The notes under the pieces are model-generated. The model did not search any database. It was not told the DNA's origin and saw only the letters and a program-made list of their open reading frames with translations. 64,000 nucleotides of DNA, taken from NCBI GenBank assembly GCA_964016885.1, contig OZ024742.1, positions 307,272,001 to 307,336,000 on the forward strand, written 5' to 3'. This document shows positions 1 to 11,105 of this stretch, piece by piece; within the stretch, counting starts at the first letter, position 1, and the number at the start of each line of letters is the position of its first letter. The DNA is from Eledone cirrhosa. Taxonomy: Eukaryota. A program made the translations under genes and the position numbers.

Positions 1-190
1 AGAGAGAGTTGACAGGTCTTACTTCCTTTAAACAAATCGCCACTAATGACAAAACCTTGTCATCAGCAGCATAGCTCTGCTGAATGTCTGGAAAGTCACA
101 TCACGGCCGTATCAGTGTGTTGTCTGTCACATTTATAGTACGATGTAGAGCTGATTCCTCTCAAAGTTAGTAGTAACTGAGGATAATAGT

Positions 191-529
191 TACTCTCAGG
201 CCCGAAATAATGGAGGGAGGTGGTAAGCGGCGGGAGGGGTGACATCGGTAATTGTTCAAAGTTGTCTCCGTTGATTTTTTAAAAACCAGAATTAGTCGTT
301 TAGTTTACATATTGAGACCCCAACCCATCCTTTTATTTCATAAATTATGGCGTTTCTAGTCATGTACTTTTTTGTCATGTAGAAAGTTTTTTAATGTATA
401 AAGAAAATTAATTGTCGCAGGAATGTTACCACTAAAAATAAAATTTCGCCGGAGATAGATTTAATAAGCGGCGGGGTTTAGAAAAATAATAAACGGGGGC
501 TGAGGTGGGGTATTCGAGACGCGAGAGTA
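191..529. mobile_element. Candidate MITE with degenerate terminal inverted repeats
   Basis: Left end TACTCTCAGGCCCGAAATA; reverse complement of right end TACTCTCGCGTCTCGAATA; non-coding interior. Confidence 0.45.
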
Positions 530-544
530 TTCTAGAAAATTAGT

Positions 545-741
545 GGTTTCTATCATTGTAATTTTAAGGGGAGGAGGTCGATTAACTCGACCACAGTATT
601 TAACTGGTACTTTAGTTTACAGCCCCTTGAAGGATGAAAGCAAAGTTGATCGTAGCATGATTTGAACTCAGAATGTAAAAAGCCGGGACAAATGCGGTTA
701 CGTATGTGTCCAATGCTCTAACGAAGCTGCCAATCAACCGC
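545..741 (-). mobile_element. tRNA-derived SINE with MetaSINE-like core, diverged copy
   Basis: Motif CTGGTACTTT...GGATGAAAG(G)CAAAGTT...ATTTGAACTCAGAA recurs more than 10 times in the window; GAGTTCAAAT B-box-like motif on the minus strand. Confidence 0.65.
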
Positions 742-896
742 ACTGTTATTCATAATAACTAATAACAAACTGTTATAAGCCGTCGTTGAGCATGATGTAA
801 ATAAATAGTCTAATTACAAATACCTTCATTTCATTTTCACCTACAATCTCTTTGGGAAAGACATAAACATCGAAATTAACTTTCCCATAAAATAAG

Positions 897-1110
897 GTTT
901 GTAATTTAGGCACAAGACCAGCAATTTGAGAAGGGGACTATTGATTATATTTACCCCTGTGCTTAAATCGATCCTTGGACTGGTACTTTATTTAATCGAC
1001 ATCGGAAGGATGAAAGGCAAATTAACTTGAGAGGGATTTGAACTTAAAACGTAAACAACAGGAATATATATCGCAAATCATTTTGTCCGATGCTCTAGCG
1101 ATTTTGACAA
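897..1110 (-). mobile_element. SINE, same MetaSINE-like family, diverged
   Basis: TTAGGCACAAG...CTGGTACTTTATTTAATCGAC...GGATGAAAGGCAAA...ATTTGAACT. Confidence 0.65.
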
Positions 1111-1885
1111 TTTTATAAATTATAGCACTTTATTCTATCACATATTATATATAGATAATTTGAAGGCCTCAAAAGTAACCACGACGCTTTTTTACATTTA
1201 TTACCCCAGATTTTCAAACTAAACATAACATTATATGAATTAGGGTTAAGGTTTAGGACTACGGTTTAGAGTCCGAGTGAGGGTTTAAAATTACACAGCG
1301 TAATAACGAAGAAGCGCCGAAAGCAGTAATCAATTTAAAGTATTTCAAGCATAAACCAATGTAAAATTCAGATGACACGAAATAAGATGTGATGACATTA
1401 ATGCCTTTTCCCATAGATTAGAAACAAGTAAATTTGTAATAACTTTAATTTAATAATAGAATAAATAGTTTGTTTGGATTATTTTTTTAAATTTTTAACT
1501 TACCGAAATTAGGTCCAAATAAACATTTTTGAAAAAATATAGAGAGAAACACAGACAAAAGAACCAAATGGTATGCCGGAGTCGACTTCATGTTTGCGAA
1601 AGAGTTTAGAATTATAAGGTACACTCAGACAATGGAGCAAACTGTCTCCAATGTTATTATTGCAGCAGTTATTTTCCCTTCATCGAACGGTGTCGGCTCG
1701 AATAAATACCTTGTTCTAGATACACCCGTAGTATTATATTTTATTATGATTTATTTATTTATTTTAGTAGTTTAAACTTATATTATTCAAAGTTGTATAA
1801 ATAACATTAGAAATTGTTTATACATCTTACAGAATGAACATGTATAAACACATGTAATAAATACAATTAATTACAAAGGTAATGC

Positions 1886-1932
<47 letters not shown>

Positions 1933-1936
<4 letters not shown>

Positions 1937-2227
1937 AAATAAAGTTAAATAAAAGTCAAATGATTAAAATTTAGCTTCGTTTATTACTGCTATATATATT
2001 TCAGTGACCGCCATCTTTGGCTGTGACCTCTTCAGGCAGTTTGAATTAGTATGGTATAGACAAGTACATATGTTATTTAGGTGTATGATATTGTCAATAC
2101 TCTGATATGCCCAGTTCCTTGTTGGGTTGTTAATTCACTGGGGAACTGGAGTCATATGAATTCAAACAAACGAATTTTCGTGTCACAGGTCCCCTTCTCC
2201 TCTCATTGGTCAGTTATTAGAACATTC

Positions 2228-2230
<3 letters not shown>
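1933..2230 (-). mobile_element. Short HHR-bearing PLE terminal-repeat element (family A), tail-less, within (TA)n
   Basis: Near-identical to 4071-4290; flanked by (TA)n on both sides; HHR followed by AATAAA on the minus strand. Confidence 0.7.
1986..2040 (-). ncRNA. Hammerhead ribozyme motif, type I (family A)
   Basis: Minus strand reads ACTGC-CTGAAGA-GGTCACAGCC AAAGAT GGCGGTCACT-GAAA-TATATATA-GCAGT: stem I ACTGC/GCAGT, self-complementary stem III. Confidence 0.75.
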
Positions 2231-2297
<67 letters not shown>

Positions 2298-2338
2298 TTC
2301 AAATATTAACAAAATAGATATTCTTGTGATCAATTAAA

Positions 2339-2401
2339 TTTTATTATACATATTTCAGAGGTACTGAATCAAGTTCAACAGTACGTCCTCATCAGATAAA
2401 A
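2339..2401 (-). ncRNA. Hammerhead ribozyme motif (family B, left arm)
   Basis: Minus strand TTTTAT-CTGATGA-GGACGTACTG...CAGTACCTCT-GAAA-TATGTATA-ATAAAA. Confidence 0.8.
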
Positions 2402-2518
2402 TAAAATGATACATGACATACCCTGCATGTTAGATGGTTAAGATTTAATCAAGGTAGATTAATACCTTAATTAAATCTTAACCATCTAACATGTCAGAGT
2501 ATGTCATGTATCATTTTA

Positions 2519-2581
2519 TTTTATCTGATGAAGACGTACTGTTGAACTTGATTCAGTACCTCTGAAATATGTATAATAAAA
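2519..2581 (+). ncRNA. Hammerhead ribozyme motif (family B, right arm)
   Basis: TTTTAT-CTGATGA(2525-2531)-AGACGTACTG...CAGTACCTCT-GAAA(2564-2567)-TATGTATA-ATAAAA; predicted AUA cleavage triplet. Confidence 0.8.
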
Positions 2582-2718
2582 TTTAATTGATCACAAGAAT
2601 ATCTATTTTGTTAATATTTGAATTAATATTAATAACTCTGGAAAATAACCGCTGTAAAGTGCTTCCAATCTACTGTAAAACTCATTCTTTGATGTACTCA
2701 TTGAATCTTGTTTAACTC

Positions 2719-2754
<36 letters not shown>

Positions 2755-2794
2755 TTGTTCGTACTGCCTCTCTGTTTTGTTCCCGTTCCATTTT

Positions 2795-2837
<43 letters not shown>

Positions 2838-2842
<5 letters not shown>

Positions 2843-3380
2843 ATGTATACATACATACATATATGTGTACAGACGCACAGTAGTATGTATACATATACAT
2901 ACATGCACACACACATATATATATATATGTACATATGGGTTTACCGAACATTTATTATAATGTTCGGTTTGTTTGTAAACAAACAGCCCGAATTGCGCCG
3001 TACAGTGCTCGGCAACCATCGTCGCCCTTTTGTTCAACACTGACACAGGAACGATGTACTAGTTTCAAGCTTATTAGCTATCGTCAGCATCGTATACCTT
3101 TCTGTCAGATGATTGAACGTCTGAAAGTATATACTTTCCTTATGCATATTAACGGCTCAGCAGCCTAATTTACATATCGAGTGAGTTAGTCGGCCGGGCA
3201 TACAGAAAACGATAAATGGAAAAGAATGGTACGGCTGAAACTTAAATATAAGTATGTATACGTACATACATATATGTGTACAGACGCACAGTAGTATGTA
3301 TATATACATACATGCACACACATATATATATATATGTACGTATGGGTTTACCGAACATTTATTATAATGTTCGGTTTGTT

Positions 3381-3385
<5 letters not shown>
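2838..3385 (-). mobile_element. HHR element with partial direct tandem repeat (family C, unit about 410 bp)
   Basis: 2838-2978 is repeated at about 3249-3383; second copy at 7005-7447; lies within (TA)n. Confidence 0.7.
3051..3093 (-). ncRNA. Minimal hammerhead ribozyme (family C)
   Basis: Minus strand ACGATG-CTGACGA-TAGCT AATA AGCTT-GAAA-CTAG-TA-CATCGT; palindromic stem III ACTAGT; GUA triplet. Confidence 0.85.
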
Positions 3386-3422
<37 letters not shown>

Positions 3423-3518
3423 GGTAGTACACTGGAAGGTAATATCCGAAGTGGTAGAGCACTCAATCCATGGGACGAGTTAGGTAGAAGTGGTTACACA
3501 ACAGTTAGTTTACCATAC

Positions 3519-3556
3519 CGAGAACAATTGTTTCACCTTGGCGGATCCTCAGCTCG
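3519..3556 (-). ncRNA. Minimal hammerhead ribozyme (family D, left arm)
   Basis: Reverse complement of 3616-3653 with one substitution in loop II. Confidence 0.75.
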
Positions 3557-3615
3557 TTATGGACAAGGTTATACGGAACAGGAAGGTTTCCTGTTCCGTA
3601 TAACCTTGTCCATTA

Positions 3616-3653
3616 CGAGCTGAGGATCCGCTAAGGTGAAACAATTGTTCTCG
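3616..3653 (+). ncRNA. Minimal hammerhead ribozyme (family D, right arm)
   Basis: CGAG-CTGAGGA-TCCGCTAAGGT-GAAA-CAATTG-TT-CTCG; palindromic stem III ACAATTGT; GUU triplet. Confidence 0.75.
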
Positions 3654-3682
3654 GTATGGTGAACTAACTGTTGTGTAACCAC

Positions 3683-3740
<58 letters not shown>

Positions 3741-3745
<5 letters not shown>

Positions 3746-3952
3746 AACAAGTATGATCCCGACGGCAGAGCTCAAGCCGTTTCGACGACTAATTCTCCTG
3801 AGAATTAGCCGTCGAAACGGCTTGAGCTCTGCCGTCGGGGTCATACTTGTTCCTATTACCCACTCTACTACCCTAAGTATTGAGTACTTTGGTGCGTTAT
3901 GGTCCAGATGGACCATAACGCACCAAAGTCCTTATCACATTTCCTTCGTTTT
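3741..3952. mobile_element. Palindromic mini-PLE (family E): arms 3741-3856; tail contains a second hairpin at 3886-3929
   Basis: Arms match the terminal repeat of the Naiad-type PLE at 38971-41311 and the palindrome at 44472-44578. Confidence 0.85.
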
Positions 3953-3974
3953 ATATATATATATAGAGAGAGAG

Positions 3975-4305
3975 ATTTTGAGTTTATGTTGGTTGTATAC
4001 CAACACCTCAGTATGCAGGCTGGAGCACTCGACGAAGTGCGCAGGTTGGTTTGGTTACTCCGGAGTAGTGTAAAATAAAGTTAAATAAAAAGTCAAATGA
4101 TTAAAATTTAACTTCGTTTATTACTGCTATATATATTTCAGTGACAGCCATCTTTGGCTGTGACCTCTTCAAGCAGTTTGAATTAGTATGGTATAGACAA
4201 GTACATATGTTGTTGAGGTGTATAATATTGTCAATACTCTGATATGCACAGTTCCTGGTTGGGTTGTTATTTCACTGAGGAACTGGAATCATATATATAT
4301 ATATG
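3975..4305 (-). mobile_element. Family A HHR element with tail (3975-4070); HHR at 4123-4177 with core TTGAAGA
   Basis: Direct repeat of 1933-2165, extended by about 95 bp on the minus-strand 3' side. Confidence 0.7.
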
Positions 4306-4312
4306 AATCATA

Positions 4313-6368
4313 TAGACATGCGCTATCCCGTCCAGGTCCATCCATGACAACCTCCACCTCATGCGATACATCATAGAGAGGGTTGGGAACGAACCCGGCT
4401 TTGGTGGGGCTCTGATCAACTTGGATCAATCTAAGGCGTTCGATAGGGTCGACCATGGTTACCTGGATGCGGTGCTAGCGGCGGCAGGCTTCGGACCCGT
4501 TTTCAGGGGCTGGATCACTGCTATGCACAGCAGCCGCATCTGCTCTAGGGTCAAGGTGAGCGGCTACCTCTCGGAGCCGTTCAAAATCGCGCGGTCCATC
4601 CGACAAGGGTGCCCTCTCTCCTCCCTTCTGTATGTGTTGACTCTCGAGCCACTACTGCGGAAGTTGGAGTTGTTGCAGGGCATCCCTTTGGAACCGGGAT
4701 TGCGGAAAGCGGTGTCAGCCTACGCCGATGATGTGACAGTAATGGTGTCGACGGCCTCCGAAATCGAGGCGGTCGGCACCTTACTGGAGGAGTACGAAAA
4801 GTTCACAGGGGCTAAGCTGAACCGGGACAAGTCGATCGGTTTGCAACTCGGCACGTGGAGGGGCAGACCGATGCCCTCTGATGGCGTCGTCGGACGCTGG
4901 ACGGAGGGCCCGGTGAAGTTGCTCGGGGTCTGGTTCGGACCGGACCTCCAGGTGGAGAAAAACTGGGCGGAGGTTACGAACAGGGTGTTTGCACTGACCC
5001 AGAAGTGGGCCAGTTGCAAACTATCCCTGAAAGGTCGGGCGGAGGTGGCGAACACTTATATAGCGTCCGTCATCTACTACCGCCTGACCGTAGTGCCCTG
5101 CCCAAGGGAAACCCTCACCAAGATGGAGCGCGCGCTCTTCTAATTCCTTTGGAAGGGGCGGGCTCCTATGGTGAGGAGATCCATCTGCTGTCAACACCCT
5201 TCGAAAGGAGGGCTGGGGATGCCGTGGCTAATGATGCGTAAACACGCATTAAGGCTACGGCACCTCTACGTATTCCTCACCGGACAACCGGTGTGGGCCC
5301 CGTTTGTGAGACGAACCTTTCCCAGACTCGTCTCACTCACCGAACTGCAATCCTGGGTCAAGCAGAGACCGAGAAAACTGGGCGCCTGGCACACTGAGTG
5401 TGCCCAGGCGCTCACCGCCCTCTGGCAGGCGGATCCGGTTATCAGTGGAGACTCCACCGCAACATTCTATAGAGGGCTGGTACGCAGCAGGTGCGACGAC
5501 GCCCTCGGAGAAGCCCTAGACATGGAGGAGGACGAACTGGCCAGCCTGTTCGGTAGGACATTCAGCCCGGGACCTATGGACAACTTCCAGAAGTCCCTGG
5601 CCTGGCAGTGCTACCGAGGGGCTTCACCCGTTCGAGAAAGGCTCTACAGACACGGGCGCCCGGGTAGGGACCCCGCCAAAAAGATCTGTCCCAGATGCGT
5701 GTGCGACGAGGAAACCGTTGCACACGCATTGGTACACTGCTCGGGCGTAGCCGATCTGTGGGGCTATGTCGAACAACTGCTGTCAAGGGTGGGACCGATC
5801 CGGTTGACCACCGAGTCTATTGTAATGATCAAGCCGCCTCCCCCCTTCAAAGATGAAGCAGAGGCGGTGTTTCTGTGCGTAATAGCCATGGCGAAAGAGG
5901 TTGTATGGTGGACGCGTCTGAAAGGACTGAGGTCGGGCGCCTTTCTCTCTGGCCAACAACTGGTCCGTTTCTTCCGATATCATTTCGGAAGAAGGATCAG
6001 GATGGAGAGAGAGGTGCTGCACCCCAGTCGTTTTTATGAAAGGTGGGTGAAAGTGGCGAGAATGGCCCGTGTGAATGGGCCTTCTCTTTACATAAGCCTG
6101 TAGGTGGAAAAGAGGAAGGAACGAGGGAGCACCCCCTCTCTGTGCTCCTGAGGAAAAGGGTTGCACACTTTTTTCGGGGGTGTGTGCGACCCCCCAAGGC
6201 GCCTCCTCTCTATTGAGGATTTTGTTAAAAATTTTATTTTTTGTTATATCTTATTTTATTTTTATATTTTGTTATTGCCTCCTCCTTATTGAGGACGCCT
6301 TTTTGTGTAAACTCCCCCCTTTGTACTTGTCCCACTTTTGATGCCCTAGTGGCAAATAAAAGAAACTT
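4313..6368 (+). mobile_element. 5'-truncated L1/Tx1-clade LINE: RT, CCHC zinc knuckle and 3' UTR
   Basis: LDQSKAFDRVDH, RQGCPLS, AYADD, GGLG, CPRC...HALVHC; a single in-frame TAA at 5141-5143; AATAAA at 6355; inserted in (TA)n/(TATC)n. Confidence 0.9.
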
Positions 6369-7004
6369 ATCTATATATATATATATCTATATATATATAT
6401 ATCTATCTATCTATATATATATATATCTATATATATATATATCTATCTATCTATATATCTATATATCTATATATATATCTATCTATCTATCTATATATAT
6501 ATATATCTATATATATATATATCTATATATATATATATCTATATATATATATATATATATATATCTATATATATATATATATATATATATATCTATATAT
6601 ATATATATCTACATATATATATATATATATATATATCTATATATATATATATATCTATATATATCTATATCTATCTATATATATATATATATCTATATAT
6701 ATATATCTATATATATATATATCTATATATATCTATATATATATATATCTATATATATCTATATATATATATATCTATATATATCTCTATATATATATAT
6801 CTATATATATCTCTATATATATATATCTATATATATCTATATCTATATATATCTATATATATCTATATCTATATATATCTATATCTATATATATCTATAT
6901 CTATATATATCTATATATATCTATATATATCTATATATATCTATATATATATCTATATATCTATATATCTATATATATCTATATATATCTATATATATAT
7001 ATAT
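6369..7004. repeat. Compound (TA)n/(TATC)n microsatellite, about 630 bp
   Basis: Direct reading. Confidence 0.95.
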
Positions 7005-7117
7005 AAGTATGTATATGTACATACATATATGTATACAGACGTACAGTAGTATGTATATATATATATATATATAATTATGTGTATGTACATACATATATGT
7101 ATACAGACGTACAGTAG

Positions 7118-7167
<50 letters not shown>

Positions 7168-7447
7168 CATACATGCACACATATATATATGTACGTATGG
7201 ATTCACCGAACATTTATTATAATGCTCGGTATGTTTGTAAACAAACATCCCGAATTAAGCCGTACAGTGTCTAGCAACCATCGTTGCTCATTTGTTCAAC
7301 ACTGACAAAGGAACGCTGTACTAGTTTCAAGCTCATTAACTATCGTCAGTAACGTATACCTTTCTGCCATATCATTCGATATGCAAATTAGGCTGCTCAG
7401 CCGTTAATATGCATAAGGAAAGTATATACTTTCAGACGTTCAACCAT
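7005..7447 (-). mobile_element. Second family C HHR element, with degenerate HHR at about 7313-7355 and an inverted segment at 7376-7447
   Basis: 7195-7367 matches 2932-3105 directly; 7376-7447 matches 3110-3180 in reverse. Confidence 0.7.
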
Positions 7448-8689
7448 CGCCCAGCAGGAGGAACCTGCAGATTATCAGGGCTACCAGAAGTAAGGTTCAA
7501 CAGACTGCAAGCCACTGTACTGGACACAGTGCTTGCAGCACTTCGTAGTATCTCTGAGATTCCATGACACATTGTAACAAGGCGGGCTCTTTGAATTACA
7601 GATACAGCCCGTTCAACGGGTTTCAAAGCACTTTACCGTTACCCAGTTTTACTCATAAGGAATGGATTGACCCGAGACTATGGTAATTAACATTTGCCCA
7701 AGATGCCATGCAGCGAGATCGAATCCGCAATCTAATGATTACGAAACGAACCTTTTAACCATCCGGCCATGCCACGTCTAACTACTATTTTAACTTTTTA
7801 AAAAATATTTACGATTTTTATTTACAGTTGTATAAATAACATTACAAATATAATGTCGTTGATAAACTGTTTAGAAACATACTCAGACTCCCGACGGGGA
7901 GATCTCCCACCCATTTTTGGGTGGGTGAGAGATGTCTTCTCTTGTGAAAATGGGTATAGCTCTCATTATGTAAAATCTCTCGATTTTGTCTCATTTCTCC
8001 CCGTTTTGGGGCACCTTTTTTCATGGTATTCCCCGTTTTTGTTTTTAGAGTTTGGCAGGTCTGATATACCTTCCTAGAGGAAGAGTAAAAAGAACTATAT
8101 GCTCACGAAATTAACCTGCAAGAGACAATGTGTGACAGGGCTAACACTTTGAATTACTGGTACAACTCATTTTTGCTCGCTAAGTTGACTGGAGTAACGT
8201 GAAATAAAGTCTTTCTTGCTCAAGGACACAACACATCGCCGGAAATGAAACTGATGACAGTACGCCGATATCCAAATTACTATGCCACGCACCTTCAGAA
8301 CTCGGATATAGTAATTTGTATTACAACTCTTGATACTAGTCATTTGAAGTACCAATTGGATTCCTGATGGAACATAAAAACCACATCTATCACTTAACTG
8401 TTGATTCCTATTTCTTGGGACGCTGTTCGTTTTCTTTTAAACATTGAATATCATTTATGTTAACATTTTAGAAATCAATTTCTAATTATCTTTTTTGTTC
8501 GTCACCATATTGATTACTCTCCCTTGAATTAAAATTTCTTCTAAGGGAAATAACTTAGTATACTGGGTTATTCGTGAATTGAATTCGTAGTATTCCATGA
8601 CACAGGGTTACAAGGCGGACTCTATGAATTACAGTTGTGTGTGTGTGTATGCACAACAATTACATACTACATACACACAGACACACCGA

Positions 8690-9130
8690 ACTAGCAACAT
8701 AGTCAATCAGGTAATACAGGACGGAGTTATGCCCAATGACTGGTGTAGCTGTACAATCATAAATTGCTACAAGGGTAAAGTTGATGCTCTAGAAAGAAGC
8801 AACTATAGAAGAATAAAACTAATGGACCAAGTTAAGAAAGTCACAGAAAGAGTTCTGGTACAGCTAGGGATGCAGTTCGATATCTAGCTTTTGTAATCTA
8901 GAAAAGGCCTTTGTCAGAGTACCTCATTCTGTTATCTGGTGGTCCTTAAGAAAATTAGGTGTAGAAGAATGGCTTGTGAAAGCAGTACAAGGCATGTACA
9001 GAGGAGCTGTCAATAAAGGGAAAGTAGAAAATGAGTTCAATGAGGAATTCAGGGTGCAGGTAGAAGTACATCAAGGTTCGGTTCTCAGCCCACTTCTGTT
9101 CATAACAGAGGAGTTTATGGAAGGACATAC
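8690..9130 (+). mobile_element. RTE-clade LINE RT remnant
   Basis: MPNDW...CYKGKVDALERSNYRRIKL, LEKAF, VHQGSVLSPLLF; stops and deletions. Confidence 0.8.
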
Positions 9131-9554
9131 AGTAACAGAAACCATACCAAATATGGAATATATGAGCAACACAGGTCACACTGACACATCTGTTCTCAAA
9201 CCATGTCAACCCATGCCAGTGTAGAAAATGAAGTAGATCCTGATGATGTTCATAGTGATAGTGGCTGTGGTGATAGTGGTTGTGGTGATGGTGGTAGTGG
9301 TGAACTCCTTTCCAACAGTCAATATGATATTTTTCTCTGCCCCCCAACACTTAGTGGTTAGGAGATGTAAAAAGGTGGAATGGTGCGACATTCAGGCTGT
9401 TTGAATTGATATCAAACTTCTGTCTTCTTGTTTTTCATTTTCAGTAGAGTTGGCCAATATCGCTATTGATGTGGAAATTTCTGTTGGTGAATAATCATTT
9501 TAAAATTTTAATATCATTGGTTCAGATCTCATTGATTGTCCAATAGATTAGCAC

Positions 9555-9810
9555 ACCCTGTAAGGTGGTCATGTAGGTAACACAACAAAAACCACCTAGT
9601 TAGACAGTCGTTTTAATGCAACGATAAAAAGTACCCAGTCCACACTGTAATGTGGTTGGTGTTAGGAAGAGCATCCAGCTGTAGAAACCGAGTCAAAATA
9701 CAGATCCGTATGAGCAAGACATGGTCTCCGGACCTGACATGTTTCATAATATCACAACCCATCTAACACATGCAAGCATGGAAATATAGACGTTAAATGA
9801 TAATGGTGAT
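9555..9810 (+). mobile_element. 3' UTR fragment of an RTE-type LINE; related copies at 11480-11715, 12020-12425, 42340-42690 and (minus) 17215-17470, 17790-17890
   Basis: GGTTGGTGTTAGGAAG(G/A)GCATCCAGC...GCATGGAAA..AGACGTTAAA(TGA)n; the same sequence directly follows the RTE ORF end at 16150-16680. Confidence 0.7.
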
Positions 9811-10954
9811 GTTTCTAGGCATATTGATACAATAAACATATGGGCCACAGATTTATTGTACACAGAGATCTCTGACAAGTATATTTTCTTCATTTAGGTG
9901 TAGCATTATCCAATTATATGTTCCTTGTTACAGGTATCATCATATATTTTGATCTAAACCTAGGTGCCTGTAAAATTCTTCATCAAATACTGGACAGAAA
10001 TAGTCAGGTTCTTGATTGAGATGTTCCAAGACTAGTTTGTAGTTTTTTTCCCCTTATTTTATTATCAAATAAGAATATTTGTCTTGATTAGACTCTATCT
10101 CTATATCCGTTTTATGATGTTATAACCAGATCAAAACTCTTTATTCTGTCATTTATAGTTTTGTTATATACATTCATGTATATTCATGCAGTATTGTTAA
10201 ATCATCAGATTAAAAATGCTATAGTATCTATTGCAGCTCAATGTTTGGAGTTCAACTTCGACTTCTAATACTTTGAGGGCAATAAATATATGACCTCTCC
10301 AGTATCGGGGTTGAGTCTCTCTTTCTACCTCCACCCTTTGTCTCTCTTGGGAAGAAAACTACGCTTCTCTGACCTGTAGAGGTATGGGCTCTACCAGGTT
10401 TAGAATACCCAAGACAAGCTGTATGTTAGGATGGTACACCCAGGATTCCACCAGTTGTAAAGTACCCTTTACCTTTTTTTCATATTTTACTATCAGTTCA
10501 ACTAAAAAGTAGCTATGTACCAGGTTAAGTTTTCTGTCTTCTTGTAAGCCTATTGTATGCCCTTCAGATATCCTCAATAATAATGGTTGGTGGGATATGC
10601 TGCAAATATAAACAGTATCACAGAAAAAGTGTCACTTTGAAATACACTTATAAAACACTTTATCTTATCAGAGACAATGCAATCACTTCCTGTATTTAAC
10701 TTCAGAATGGTGACCAAGAGTGAAACCAGGTTGCCTATGGATTTCATTATGGTTTCTATAACTTTAAGCTGTCAAAGAATTCCTAGAATCCATGACTGGG
10801 AAACAGAATTGAATACATTTTTATAATATAGTTACACTAAAAATAAATTCCTTCTCTCTTGTTACACATCTACCACCAACATTTTGTTTATTAGATGTTG
10901 TTGATCACATTGCCATACTACTTTCTTCTTGCCTAATTGTTCATTTGTAATAAT

Positions 10955-11105
10955 GGTTTCTGTTTTAGGCATGCACAATGCCAGCAATTCTGATGAAGGG
11001 GAAAGTCGATTAAATTGACCCCAGTGCATTACTGGTACTTTCTTTTATCAACCCCGTAAGGATTGAAGGCAAAGCTAACCTCGGTGGGATTTGATCTCAG
11101 AACGT
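10955..11105 (-). mobile_element. MetaSINE-like SINE, head truncated
   Basis: Family motifs; ends at a perfect hairpin 11107-11144. Confidence 0.65.

Larger units (their letters stand above)
2295..2722. mobile_element. Palindromic HHR element (family B): about 160-bp inverted arms 2295-2623 plus a one-sided tail 2624-2722
   Basis: Near-perfect inverted repeat centred near 2460; (TA)n on both sides. Confidence 0.85.
3420..3687. mobile_element. Palindromic HHR element (family D): arms 3485-3687, tail 3420-3484
   Basis: About 100-bp near-perfect inverted repeat centred near 3586; (TA)n on both sides. Confidence 0.85.

Noticed and set aside
6241-7074. Long IY-repeat ORFs here and at many (TA)n/(CA)n tracts
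   Set aside because: Translations of dinucleotide microsatellites; no coding signal
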